The notes under the pieces are model-generated. The model had not been told where the DNA came from and did not search any database. It saw only the letters and a list, made by a program, of their open reading frames with translations. From Minisyncoccia bacterium (GTDB lineage: Bacteria; Patescibacteriota; Minisyncoccia; Phycocordibacterales; UBA918): a stretch of DNA of 64,000 nt. Below are positions 10,316 through 19,871 of this stretch, one piece after another (within the stretch, counting starts at the first letter, position 1; every line of letters begins with the position of its first letter). Location of the stretch: NCBI GenBank assembly GCA_046598345.1, contig JBKJIT010000004.1, positions 137,226 through 201,225 of the forward strand, written 5' to 3'. A program made the translations under genes and the position numbers.

Positions 10316-11176
10316 ATGGCGTACATCCTCTTTGACATTGGTGGCACGAATACCCGCATTGCAAGATGTGATGATTTTGCATCATTTGAAACGCCGATAA
10401 AGTTCAAGACGCCACCAACTTTTGAAGCGGGCATGAAAGCGATGGGAGATGCAATCCGTACGCTCGTGCATCCTGGGGAGGTGATACACGCACTCGGAGG
10501 AGGAATACGGGGTCCGCTAAATCATGAAAAGACGATGATCGTGAGTGAAAAAACCTTGATTGATTGGGTTGGGAGACCGCTTGCGGACACGCTTTCACAT
10601 ACCTTTAATGCTCCGGTATACCTAGAAAATGATACAGCGGTTGTTGGCCTTGGTGAAACGGCGTTTGGAGCAGGGAAGGGGTACTCCATTGTTGCATACC
10701 ATACGGTAAGTACTGGCGTGGGTGGCGCCCGTTTTGTGAATGGCCGCCTTGATAGTGCAAGTGTTGGTTTTGAACCAGGGCACCAGGAACTTGATATTGA
10801 TAGGTCACTTCTTGGACATCATACTGACCATACCCTTGAAAACTTGGTTTCCGGAAATGCTCTGGAAAAGCGAAGAGGTGTCAAACCATATGAAATTGAT
10901 CAGGCTGACCCGGTGTGGAATGAACTCGGAGGGTATTTGGCCCACGGGCTAAAGAATACAATCGTTTACTGGTCACCTGATGTGATTGTACTTGGGGGCT
11001 CTATGATCGTTGGAAAGCCCCGGATCTTCTTAGAGGACATTGTTCGCCACACAGAAGCCCTCTTAAAGGGATTTCTGCAGGTTCCGCCTATTGTGGACGC
11101 GCTTCTCAAGGATGACGGAGGTCTCTATGGCAGTATGATTCTACTTTCGAGAAGAGTAGAAAAAACTAATAGATAA
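10316..11176 (+). CDS. ROK-family sugar kinase
   Basis: FDIGGT, LENDT, TVSTGVGG, EPGH, IVLGG. Confidence 0.9.
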   Translation: MAYILFDIGGTNTRIARCDDFASFETPIKFKTPPTFEAGMKAMGDAIRTLVHPGEVIHALGGGIRGPLNHEKTMIVSEKTLIDWVGRPLADTLSHTFNAPVYLENDTAVVGLGETAFGAGKGYSIVAYHTVSTGVGGARFVNGRLDSASVGFEPGHQELDIDRSLLGHHTDHTLENLVSGNALEKRRGVKPYEIDQADPVWNELGGYLAHGLKNTIVYWSPDVIVLGGSMIVGKPRIFLEDIVRHTEALLKGFLQVPPIVDALLKDDGGLYGSMILLSRRVEKTNR

Positions 11177-11365
11177 GCCATATTCACTTTTTTTGGTGGG
11201 AAATTATGGCTTATATCCTCAGTTCAGGGCAGGGAAGGGTGGACAGAGGTGCTTTGACGACTGTCTAGACTTATGAGTTGTACATGAATGGTGTGCAGTA
11301 CGCATAATATGGCTTAAAATAAAGAGATATGAAGTATTGACACAGTATGAAATCGATTGCATAAC

Positions 11366-11393
11366 TTGACTTTTGGTCCAAATATGCTAAAAT
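11366..11393 (+). promoter_or_regulatory. Sigma70-type promoter with extended -10
   Basis: TTGACT-N16-TAAAAT with TG just upstream of the -10 (TGCTAAAAT). Confidence 0.6.
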
Positions 11394-11437
11394 AGACGCA
11401 TAAGCGGCTTAGGCCGTTTTTTGTTGGATAAGACCTT

Positions 11438-11881
11438 ATACCTATTTTATCTAGTTTACTTACAGCAGTATTCGCTGTAACGAACGTCGTTGCGGTACCA
11501 GTAGCTGATACCGCATATGGGAACATTGCAACAAATAATACCTCTATCGCTCATATAGCAGTAGCCGGAAATGAAGTAGAAGAATCAGTCCGTGCATACT
11601 TCAGCGATATACCTGTCATGATTCAAGTCGCACGTTGTGAATCAACGTTTCGACATACCTTAGCAGACGGATCAGTGCTCCGAGGACGAGTAGACCCAGC
11701 AGACACTGGTGTAATGCAGATTAACTCTCGTTATCACGGTAAGCGTGCTGCGGAACTCGGCCTTGATCTCACTGTCCTTAAGGACAACATGGCATTTGCG
11801 CGTAACCTGTACGAAAGGCAGGGAACTCAACCATGGAGTGCATCAGCACCTTGTTGGGAGCGCACTATTGCAATGCGTTAA
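11438..11881 (+). CDS. Secreted lysozyme-like / lytic transglycosylase protein, probable ATA start
   Basis: Frame open 60 codons upstream of the ATG at 11618 and encodes a hydrophobic signal (IPILSSLLTAVFAVTNVVA); catalytic-like ARCES, GVMQIN, PW.AS..CW. Confidence 0.7.
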   Translation: MPILSSLLTAVFAVTNVVAVPVADTAYGNIATNNTSIAHIAVAGNEVEESVRAYFSDIPVMIQVARCESTFRHTLADGSVLRGRVDPADTGVMQINSRYHGKRAAELGLDLTVLKDNMAFARNLYERQGTQPWSASAPCWERTIAMR

Positions 11882-11884
11882 GAA

Positions 11885-11914
11885 CAAAAAGACCGCCTTT
11901 GGGCGGTCTTTTTG
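11885..11914. terminator. Rho-independent terminator
   Basis: CAAAAAGACCGCC-tttg-GGCGGTCTTTTTG. Confidence 0.85.
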
Positions 11915-12086
11915 TGGCCAGAAAATAAGGAGTGCAACGACTATATTTTCTGAGTCCGTCAGAATGTGCTTACAAAAAGCTTCATTCTGACGAACATATT
12001 CTAATTCTAGGGCCATCTCGAGTTCCTTGCCGCCGCACACGTGAGGCAAAATAATCACGTCCACTAAATTATATACTTGGATGCTT

Positions 12087-12500
12087 TTACCCCTCCTTAT
12101 CCAATTTCCAACCCGTTCCAGCTCCAAAAGCTGCAATGTACAGTAGAGATCCAAGAATAGCTAAATCCTTCATAAACATGACCTGTTCCATAGGGTTTTC
12201 TCCCCACTTACTTGGGCCGTGGAAAATGAATGCCACTAGGAGGGTAAAGAGAGCAAGTGCGACTGCAGATTGACGAATTTTCATTCCTAGAATAATGCCG
12301 AGTCCCGCAAGCGTTTCGATAAGTGCTGCTCCCCATGCGAGAAGAAGGGGAGCAGGGAGGCCTATAGAGGCGATGTATCCTGCTGTCCCGTCAATTCCCA
12401 TAAATTTTTGAATACCTGCAAGAAGGAAGAGTCCTCCAATAAGAATTCGTGCGATGAGGGTGCCGTGGCTTTTGAAACAATCTATATACGTTGAAGACAT
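12087..12500 (-). CDS. DoxX family membrane protein
   Basis: RILIGGLF..AGIQKF, E.LAGL, four TM helices, KDLAILG. Confidence 0.88.
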   Translation of the reverse strand: MSSTYIDCFKSHGTLIARILIGGLFLLAGIQKFMGIDGTAGYIASIGLPAPLLLAWGAALIETLAGLGIILGMKIRQSAVALALFTLLVAFIFHGPSKWGENPMEQVMFMKDLAILGSLLYIAAFGAGTGWKLDKEG

Positions 12501-12570
12501 ATGTGTGATTAGATTTTTATATAATATTAAGAACCTGTACAAAGTATAGCAAATCAGGGAATATAGAAGG

Positions 12571-13032
12571 ATGCACTACTGGTTAATGAAAACAGAGCCC
12601 GAAGCCTACTCGATAGATGATCTCAAACACGATAGGGTAGGGATGTGGGATGGTGTCCGTGGATGGGCCGCGCGGAATCATATGCGAGATGAAATGAAAA
12701 AAGGTGATCAGGTACTGTTTTACCACTCTAGTACCGAAGTAATAGGGGTTGTTGGGCTTGCGATCATTGACTCGAAGGAAGCCTTTCCTGACCCTACACA
12801 GTTTAATACAAAGCATGCGTATTACGATCCAAAATCGAAGAAAGACGCCCCGAGATGGTTTTCAGTGAACCTAAAATTTATAAAGAAATTTAAGGAACCC
12901 GTTACACTAGCTCAGATCAAAGCAGACCCATTTTTTAATGACATGCTTGTTGTGCAAAGGGGAGTGAGGCTTTCGATACAACCTGTTTCTGAAAAGCATT
13001 ATAAGAGAATCCTGGAAATGAGTAAGGATTAA
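12571..13032 (+). CDS. EVE domain protein
   Basis: YWLMKTEP..YSIDDL, WDGVR...ARN, GD.VLFYHS, YYDPKS, RLSIQPV. Confidence 0.93.
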   Translation: MHYWLMKTEPEAYSIDDLKHDRVGMWDGVRGWAARNHMRDEMKKGDQVLFYHSSTEVIGVVGLAIIDSKEAFPDPTQFNTKHAYYDPKSKKDAPRWFSVNLKFIKKFKEPVTLAQIKADPFFNDMLVVQRGVRLSIQPVSEKHYKRILEMSKD

Positions 13033-13067
13033 TTTTTCATATGTCACTATTAAAAAAACTGGAAACT

Positions 13068-13177
13068 CATTTTCAAATTCCTGATACGCGGAACCAAGAA
13101 GCAAAAACACGAGGCGTAGATACCTACGGTGCCAGTTCGAGTGACGCTGGTGACAAAGTATATGGAATTTTAAGATG
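13068..13177 (+). repeat. Intergenic structured hairpin element, family II copy 3
   Basis: Outer IR CATTTTCAAATTCC / GGAATTTTAAGATG; motifs TGATACGCGGAACC, GAGGCGTAG-atac-CTACG, GACAAAGTAT. Confidence 0.6.
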
Positions 13178-13186
13178 TGTTGCCAT

Positions 13187-13957
13187 ATGAGGATTGGATT
13201 CTTCGACTCTGGAGTCGGCGGCTTCACGATCCTCAACGCCGTTCGTGGCGCACTCCCTGAATACGATTATCTGTATTACGGTGACACTGCCAATCTTCCG
13301 TACGGTGATAAGACAGAAGAAGAGGTGTATGCGTTTACGGAGGAAGCAGTACGCACTCTTTTTAATCAGGGTGTACACCTCGTAATTCTTGCTTGCAATA
13401 CCGCCTCTGCAGAAACCCTCCGTAAACTGCAAGATGCACTCATACCACATGCGTTTAAAGACAGACGCATTTTAGGGGTGATTATTCCCACAATTGAGAC
13501 CATAATTGATTCGGGTCTTACTAAAGTACTTATGATTGCGACAAATCGAACCGTGAGCTCTCATAAATACGAACTTGAGCTTTTGAATCGTGAGCCATAC
13601 CCGATCACTTTTACATCGATTGCGACTCCAAAAATTGTGCCATTTTTAGAAGATGGAAAATTAAGTGCAGCAATGACCTATCTCGTGGAAATGATCGACG
13701 GGGTAGTGGGGGAGGTAGAAGCGCTTGTTCTTGGATGCACACACTACGTACTCCTCAAGCACCTCATACAAAAAAAATTTCCACATCTCAAGGTCATTTC
13801 GCAAGATGAAATAATTCCTAAAAAACTTTCCCAGTATTTGCTAGCTCATTCTGAGATTGAGCAGAAACTTACGACCCATGGCTCACTTGAAATTATTCTA
13901 ACCAAGGATTCAGTAGAGTACAGAAACAAGATGCTCAATCTCTTTAGTGTGAAGTAG
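13187..13957 (+). CDS. murI: Glutamate racemase
   Basis: FDSGVGG, PYG.K, LACNTAS, LGCTHY. Confidence 0.95.
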   Translation: MRIGFFDSGVGGFTILNAVRGALPEYDYLYYGDTANLPYGDKTEEEVYAFTEEAVRTLFNQGVHLVILACNTASAETLRKLQDALIPHAFKDRRILGVIIPTIETIIDSGLTKVLMIATNRTVSSHKYELELLNREPYPITFTSIATPKIVPFLEDGKLSAAMTYLVEMIDGVVGEVEALVLGCTHYVLLKHLIQKKFPHLKVISQDEIIPKKLSQYLLAHSEIEQKLTTHGSLEIILTKDSVEYRNKMLNLFSVK

Positions 13958-14053
13958 GTGCTAGGGGAGTTATGAAGCTCTAGAGTATATACGTCGCACA
14001 ATATATCTTTTACGACCCATATACTATAGCACCACTTCCCTGCATCTCATTAT

Positions 14054-14081
14054 AAAAAGACGCACCGGGGTGCGTCTTTTG
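14054..14081. terminator. Rho-independent terminator between convergent genes
   Basis: AAAAAGACGCACC-gg-GGTGCGTCTTTTG. Confidence 0.75.
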
Positions 14082-14103
14082 TACTGTGCACAGCTTCCTT
14101 GCC

Positions 14104-14637
14104 TTATGCTGGGTTGGCTTTGAGTTCGACTTGCAGTTTTCTCCTCCGCCCCCGATCTTCCGGTTTTACGCGGATGTATTTGATCATGCTGCTTTGGTCT
14201 CCGGTTTGATCGTTTTCCATGCTCCGCCTATACCTTTCAATTTCAACTAGGCTCATTCCGCTTGGTATCAGGTATAGCTTGGGTCGTATGGAAATCTCTA
14301 CGAGCTCGCCATCCATTCCGGTTAGAAGAACTTCTTTAATGAGTCTCATCCTGTCTTTTCTTGTGAATCCAGGTCTCTGTACCAAAAAATGCCAAACTCT
14401 GTTAGCAAGTAGTTCTTCAATGTGATTGTCGTTACTTTGAAGTATGTGTACCGTTGCCGTATCGATTGGAATCCAAGTCGTAGGAAGTATTCGTAGAACT
14501 GATTTCTCTGCATTCATAATACTATCGCAAACCATATCTACATTGTGAAGAATTGCCAACACGCTAAAGCCAATAGCGGGTAATACAAAAAAGATCAATA
14601 CACTGAACACAATTAAAATCCAAAGAGAAAGCTCCAT
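14104..14637 (-). CDS. Hypothetical protein with N-terminal TM helix
   Basis: 177-aa ORF preceded by GAGGAG; no recognised motif. Confidence 0.6.
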   Translation of the reverse strand: MELSLWILIVFSVLIFFVLPAIGFSVLAILHNVDMVCDSIMNAEKSVLRILPTTWIPIDTATVHILQSNDNHIEELLANRVWHFLVQRPGFTRKDRMRLIKEVLLTGMDGELVEISIRPKLYLIPSGMSLVEIERYRRSMENDQTGDQSSMIKYIRVKPEDRGRRRKLQVELKANPA

Positions 14638-14721
14638 CGTTGACTCCTCACTAGTATGTGGATTTGTACATATTTCTAATTAAGGAAGATACTAGACTAC
14701 GTAATTAGTGTCAAAGGTCTA

Positions 14722-16062
14722 TTATTGCTGAGGTAGATACATCATTGGATCAATGTAGGCGTCCGTAGCTGCGACTGGAGTTGTAGCTGCACCACAACTC
14801 GTAACCGCTTTAATCTCATTAAATTTACGGACAGAAACACCTGCCTTTGCGTACACAGTAAAATGAAGATGTGGTCCAGTTGAGTACCCGGTGTTGCCGC
14901 TGTACCCAATCACATCTCCTGTTGCAACACTTTGTCCGGGAACAACGCTGATGACGCTCTGATGTGCATACAGCGTAGCAAGACCATTTGGATGATCAAT
15001 AAGTGTCCATTTACCCCAAGAGTAACAACCTGAAACCAGATCAGTATTGCCGGTTGAACGTACAGTACCACCAAGTGGAGCAGTGATTTGGGTTCCGCTT
15101 GGGACGCCGAAATCTACGCCCGGGTGGTATGCGCGACCGCCGTACACGGATGCATTTTGTTTAGCAAATTCTGTTCCACCGAAGAGCTGCGTGATACGCA
15201 CAGGTGCAACCGGCCACGCAAACACAGGCGTTCCCTTTGGTGGAATGGTATTTGGGTCAAGGATAAATTGAAGCTTTGATTCAAAGTCACGAAGCTCTTT
15301 CATAATGAGCGCGCGTGCAGCCTCCCTCTCCCGTAACATTTTTTGATACTCGGTCTCTTTGTTTTTTGTCGCAGCGAGTAGTGTGTTTTTCTGTGCCTTA
15401 TTACTTGTAAGCACTTGATTCTGATCGGAGTACTGATTCTTGAGTTTTACAAGCTCCTGTCGCTTTTGTGTACTATCGATATGCTTTTGTTCAAGCAGGA
15501 CTTTCTGTGAAGCTAGGCTTTTAACTCGATTGTTGATGAATGAACGGACCTGCTCCATGTTCTCAATACCACCCCAGAACTCGGAGAGGTTGCTGTAGGT
15601 TAGAAGCAATTCCACCATGGAGGTTTGATCAGATTCATTGAGGCGCCGGAGAGTTTCTGCGATCGCCTCTTCGTTACTTATAATTGCTTCTTCTGTTTCA
15701 TCAATCTCTAAACTCAACTTTTCGATCTCAAGATCTTTAGAACCAATCTTGTTTTGTGTGTAGCGAATATCTGATTCAACTTTTTTGCGCTCGAGCTCAA
15801 GTTGGTTGATTGCAGAAAGCAAAGTCTTTTTTTCGCCACCTACTTTTGAGAGTTCAGTTTTATATCCGGCGATTTCCTTCTCAATTTGAAGGAGGCGGGA
15901 GTTACGTTCGTCAATTTGGTTCTTAAGTATTTCGATTTCTGAGAGTGCAAATACAGGAATTGCGGTTAAAAAAGATGCAAGAAAGTACACGCTTATGCTG
16001 GCGAGTAGAAATAACGTAATTGCAGGTATCTTTAGTTTTCCAGTTCGAAAATAGAAATTCAT
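14722..16062 (-). CDS. M23 peptidase with long N-terminal coiled coil (EnvC/CwlO-like)
   Basis: Signal peptide, coiled coil, HPGVD (HxxxD), YAH, GNTGYSTGPHLHF. Confidence 0.92.
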   Translation of the reverse strand: MNFYFRTGKLKIPAITLFLLASISVYFLASFLTAIPVFALSEIEILKNQIDERNSRLLQIEKEIAGYKTELSKVGGEKKTLLSAINQLELERKKVESDIRYTQNKIGSKDLEIEKLSLEIDETEEAIISNEEAIAETLRRLNESDQTSMVELLLTYSNLSEFWGGIENMEQVRSFINNRVKSLASQKVLLEQKHIDSTQKRQELVKLKNQYSDQNQVLTSNKAQKNTLLAATKNKETEYQKMLREREAARALIMKELRDFESKLQFILDPNTIPPKGTPVFAWPVAPVRITQLFGGTEFAKQNASVYGGRAYHPGVDFGVPSGTQITAPLGGTVRSTGNTDLVSGCYSWGKWTLIDHPNGLATLYAHQSVISVVPGQSVATGDVIGYSGNTGYSTGPHLHFTVYAKAGVSVRKFNEIKAVTSCGAATTPVAATDAYIDPMMYLPQQ

Positions 16063-16127
16063 GCTTCTCGTAGTACTTACTGTATATACGAGAATATGGA
16101 CGCTTCGTAACGTACAAGATCAAAAGA

Positions 16128-17600
16128 TTATTCTCGTATACTAAGAATTGTATCACACGCTCGTTGGACGCGTTTATATGCTTCTCCCGAGCCAATTATT
16201 GAGATGATGGTGAAAGGGTCTGGAGAGCGTTCGCGACCAGAAAGAGCAACGCGAAGTGGCCAGAGTACCTCTCCCCTCCCGATTTCTTCTGCATAGTCCC
16301 ACATATAGGATTTCACAGTCTCCGCGTCTGCCTTTTCAGGAACTTGCGAAAGAATCTCAGCAAGATGCTGGAGGCGAGGAAGCGCATTCTTTGGAGAGGC
16401 GTCGTTTTTCCATTTGAGCAGATCTGCGCTGACTTCAGGTGTAGCAAAGGCAAAATCATACTCCCCTGCCCCACTTTGTTCTCTGATCTCTACTCCTGTG
16501 CTTACACGCTCACGAACGGTAGACATCACCCGTGCAAGTCTCTCCTCACTAAATTGTGGAAGTGAAAAAATGTGTTCACTTAGATAGTTTGTTACAAAAT
16601 TCTGGAAGGATGCGTCGTCGAGGCGTAGAATATGCTCACGGTTAATCCATTTAAGTTTATCTTCGTTCAAGAGCGCTCCTCCAGTCTGGATCCCTTCGAT
16701 TTCGAATTCGGAAATCAGTTCCTCAAGTGAAAAAATTTCTTTGTCTGTACCTGGGTTCCAACCAATAAAGGCAAGAAAATTCACCATTGCTTCTGGAAGG
16801 TAGCCTTCACTCTGATACTCAAGAATATCTTTAGCACCATCACGTTTCCCGAGCTTCTTTGTTTTGTCATCACGAAGTATAGGAGGCAGAGTCACAAATT
16901 TTGGGGGTGTCATACCAAGCGCAGTATAGAGACTGAGAAACCTAGGAGTGCTTGAGATAAACTCATCAGCGCGCATGATGTGCGTCACACCCATTTCGTG
17001 GTCATCGACAATGTGTGCAAAGTTGTAGGTTGGATACCCATCGTGTTTCATGAGCACAAAATCATCGAGCGCGTCTTCGCCAGCTTCGATATCCCCTCGC
17101 ACTTCATCATGCCATGCACTTCGTTCAACTTTCGGAACCTTAAATCGAAGCGTTGTTTTTCCATCCCACACACCAAACTCAGTTGGCCTGTGTTCACGAA
17201 AAAGAAATGGACGATGTTCCAACTTTGCCTGTTCGCGGAATTTCTCAAGTTCTTCCGTTGTGTATGGATCAGGGTAGGCATACCCCTTCTCTACTAGTCT
17301 TCGTGCGTATTCCATATAGATGGGTAGACGCTCAGATTGAATGCAAGAACCAAATGCACCCTGCTTGTCCGGACCATAGTCCCACAGAATGCCGAGCCAC
17401 GTCAGTGTCTTCATAATGTGCTCGATCGATCCTTCTACCTGGCGTTCCTTATCAGTGTCTTCAATGCGCAAAATAAATGTACCTTTGTGCTTCTTTGCCC
17501 ATAGGTACGCAAAAAGTGCAGTGCGTGCACCGCCTACGTGCATATAGCCCGTCGGAGACGGGGCAAAACGGGTCACTACGTGTTCTTTCGTGTTAAACAT
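16128..17600 (-). CDS. gltX: Glutamate--tRNA ligase
   Basis: RFAPSPTGYMHVGG, LRIEDTD, PTYNFA..VDD, KLGKRDG. Confidence 0.97.
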   Translation of the reverse strand: MFNTKEHVVTRFAPSPTGYMHVGGARTALFAYLWAKKHKGTFILRIEDTDKERQVEGSIEHIMKTLTWLGILWDYGPDKQGAFGSCIQSERLPIYMEYARRLVEKGYAYPDPYTTEELEKFREQAKLEHRPFLFREHRPTEFGVWDGKTTLRFKVPKVERSAWHDEVRGDIEAGEDALDDFVLMKHDGYPTYNFAHIVDDHEMGVTHIMRADEFISSTPRFLSLYTALGMTPPKFVTLPPILRDDKTKKLGKRDGAKDILEYQSEGYLPEAMVNFLAFIGWNPGTDKEIFSLEELISEFEIEGIQTGGALLNEDKLKWINREHILRLDDASFQNFVTNYLSEHIFSLPQFSEERLARVMSTVRERVSTGVEIREQSGAGEYDFAFATPEVSADLLKWKNDASPKNALPRLQHLAEILSQVPEKADAETVKSYMWDYAEEIGRGEVLWPLRVALSGRERSPDPFTIISIIGSGEAYKRVQRACDTILSIRE

Positions 17601-17621
17601 ATGGTATTGCTTCAGCGGTAA

Positions 17622-18746
17622 TTATGCGTGTGTTTCTGCAATTTCGAGGCCCATTCCTGCGATATTTTCGCTTGCATCTGTTCGTCCAAAGCCTAGCGCT
17701 CCTTCGCTCATACCGCGATATACATCAGGATTTTCCATAATACGGGCAATTTCTGCGGTGAGCAAGCCATCGCTAAAATTTGCCTCTTCAATCACTGTTG
17801 CGCCACCACTTTTAGCGTAGGTGAAGGCGTTTGTGCGTTGATCATGACTTACGGTCCCAGGAATTGGAATCAAAATTGCGGGTTTTCCATGCAGTGCAAT
17901 TTCGTAGATCGAAGTGCTACCGGCACGAGAAATAACGATTGCTGCAGTGTGGAGCGCATCATTGAGGAGGCTTGCATCCAGAAATGGCACGGGATGATAG
18001 TGTTTAAAAAGCGTCGGGTCTGGTATCAGTTCGCGCGCAGATCCGGAAACAATATTGAAAAGTTTTTCACCCGTTTGGTGGAGGACGGAATACGTTGGCA
18101 AAAGCTCATCGAGCGCATCAAGGATAAGTTCATTTAGTCGCTCTGCGCCCTGAGAACCACCGAGAATGAGAATAAGTGGTCGAGTGGTATCAATGTTGAG
18201 CAGTTCGTGAGCATTCGCACGCACAGGGGCGCGGAGTTCGTTTCTGATTGGAATTCCTGTGAGCATCGTTTTCTTCTGGTTGAAGAACTGTGCAGTTTCC
18301 ACATATGACACAAATATGTGCCGTGCAAATTTTGCTCCCAGTTTGTTTGCAGAACCCGGGAGTGAATCAGACTCATGGACAATAATCGGGATCGCAAGAA
18401 TACCCCCTGCAATAACTACTGGGACGCTTGTGAATCCTCCCTTGCTGATGATAACGTCAGGATAAATGATGTAGAGCTTCACAAGGGCTACAACAATTCC
18501 AAAAAGAGTCTTGAAAATATCAATATAATTTTTGAGAGAAAAATATTTTCGTCGTTTGCCAGCGGGACAAGAAACAAACCTGATGCTGTTCCTCTCAAGC
18601 ATCTCTTTGTCATAGGGGTCTGGCCCCATGTAGTAGAGATTTGTGGATATTGTAGGATCGCTCCGAAATGATTCAGCAATGCTGATGAGAGGATAGAAAT
18701 GCCCTCCCGTTCCACCTCCTACAAGTACGACCGTGATATTCGACAT
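17622..18746 (-). CDS. murG: Undecaprenyl-PP-MurNAc-pentapeptide N-acetylglucosamine transferase
   Basis: GGGTGGH.YP, HESD..PG.AN, GGSQGA, SRAG, DQ..NA. Confidence 0.95.
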   Translation of the reverse strand: MSNITVVLVGGGTGGHFYPLISIAESFRSDPTISTNLYYMGPDPYDKEMLERNSIRFVSCPAGKRRKYFSLKNYIDIFKTLFGIVVALVKLYIIYPDVIISKGGFTSVPVVIAGGILAIPIIVHESDSLPGSANKLGAKFARHIFVSYVETAQFFNQKKTMLTGIPIRNELRAPVRANAHELLNIDTTRPLILILGGSQGAERLNELILDALDELLPTYSVLHQTGEKLFNIVSGSARELIPDPTLFKHYHPVPFLDASLLNDALHTAAIVISRAGSTSIYEIALHGKPAILIPIPGTVSHDQRTNAFTYAKSGGATVIEEANFSDGLLTAEIARIMENPDVYRGMSEGALGFGRTDASENIAGMGLEIAETHA

Positions 18747-18759
18747 ACTGGTAATCGTA

Positions 18760-19869
18760 TCACGACGCTTCCCTCGCTTGGTACTGATATTTTGATACGT
18801 TGAGCATAATGCCGACACTTGCAAGTGTTGCAAGGAGTGCTGTGCCGCCATGACTGATGAATGGCAGTGGCAGACCAGAAAGCGGAGCAAGCGCAAGCAT
18901 GCTACCGACGTTGAGGATTGTTTGGGAAATAATGAGTGTCACAAATCCCACAACGAGGAGCATGCCAAAGAGATCAGGCGCATGCGTCGCAATACGATAC
19001 CCACGAAACGTGAAGGTCATATAGAGGAGGAGTAAAAGCACACTGCCGATAAATCCAAATTCCTCACTGTACACAGCAAAGATTGAATCACCGATTGGTT
19101 CTGGCAGGTACTCAAATTTCTGAATACTTTGGCCATATCCACGGCCGGTAATGCTTCCCGAACCTACTGCAATGAGTGATTGATTAATTTGGTAACTCGA
19201 ACCTAGGGGATCGCTCGAGGGGTCAAGGAATGTAGTGATTCGTTCCATGACGTAGGGTCGGGTAAATGCGAGAATCGCAAGCAAGAGTAGGCCGATGCCT
19301 CCAAGAATTGCCACATCTCGAATACGTCCCCCAGCGACAATAAACATCGCAACGCTTGCAGTTGCCATTATGAGAAATGTGTCGGTGTCAGGTTGAAGGA
19401 GCATGATAACCCCTACGATTCCTAGAAACATAAAAAATGGAAGTGTCCCGGCTTTAAATTCAGTAATGCGTTTTTTCATTCCTGAGAGCCACGTTGCAAG
19501 ATAGATAATAAAACCGATTTTCAGAAATTCAGCAGGCTGCAAGGTAAATGACCCAATGCTTATCCAACGATGCGCTCCCCCGTGTTCAAATCCTATGCCA
19601 GGCACAAATACAAGTAACGAAAGGATGACTGTTGCACCAAAAATATAGAATGCGTACTGTCTCCACATGCGGTAGTGCATAGAACTGGTGATGAAGAGCG
19701 CAATGCTTCCGCCTATAAGGCCAAAGAGGATTTGATTCATCGCCACCGAAGAAAACTGCGCTCCGGTGCGTGCAAGGAGACCAAGCGACGCTGACGAAAA
19801 AACGAAAAATCCCAACACCACCATCACAATGACGATGACGAGAAGTGTTCTGTCAAAAGTGTGCCGCAT
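18760..19869 (-). CDS. ftsW: SEDS family peptidoglycan polymerase FtsW
   Basis: GAHRWI, QPAEF.K, LQPD, YQ..QS, LPEP.GD.IF, LPFIS.GGT; lies between mraY and murG. Confidence 0.92.
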   Translation of the reverse strand: MRHTFDRTLLVIVIVMVVLGFFVFSSASLGLLARTGAQFSSVAMNQILFGLIGGSIALFITSSMHYRMWRQYAFYIFGATVILSLLVFVPGIGFEHGGAHRWISIGSFTLQPAEFLKIGFIIYLATWLSGMKKRITEFKAGTLPFFMFLGIVGVIMLLQPDTDTFLIMATASVAMFIVAGGRIRDVAILGGIGLLLLAILAFTRPYVMERITTFLDPSSDPLGSSYQINQSLIAVGSGSITGRGYGQSIQKFEYLPEPIGDSIFAVYSEEFGFIGSVLLLLLYMTFTFRGYRIATHAPDLFGMLLVVGFVTLIISQTILNVGSMLALAPLSGLPLPFISHGGTALLATLASVGIMLNVSKYQYQAREAS

Positions 19870-19871
19870 GT

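Noticed and set aside
11915-12086. Hairpins (CAGAAAATA/TATTTTCTG; CGTCAGAATG/CATTCTGACG) and a similar imperfect hairpin at 13960-14045 as further copies of family I or II
   Set aside because: They lack the diagnostic AGCGAT..GCGAGG or GAGGCGTA..TACG motifs; left unassigned.
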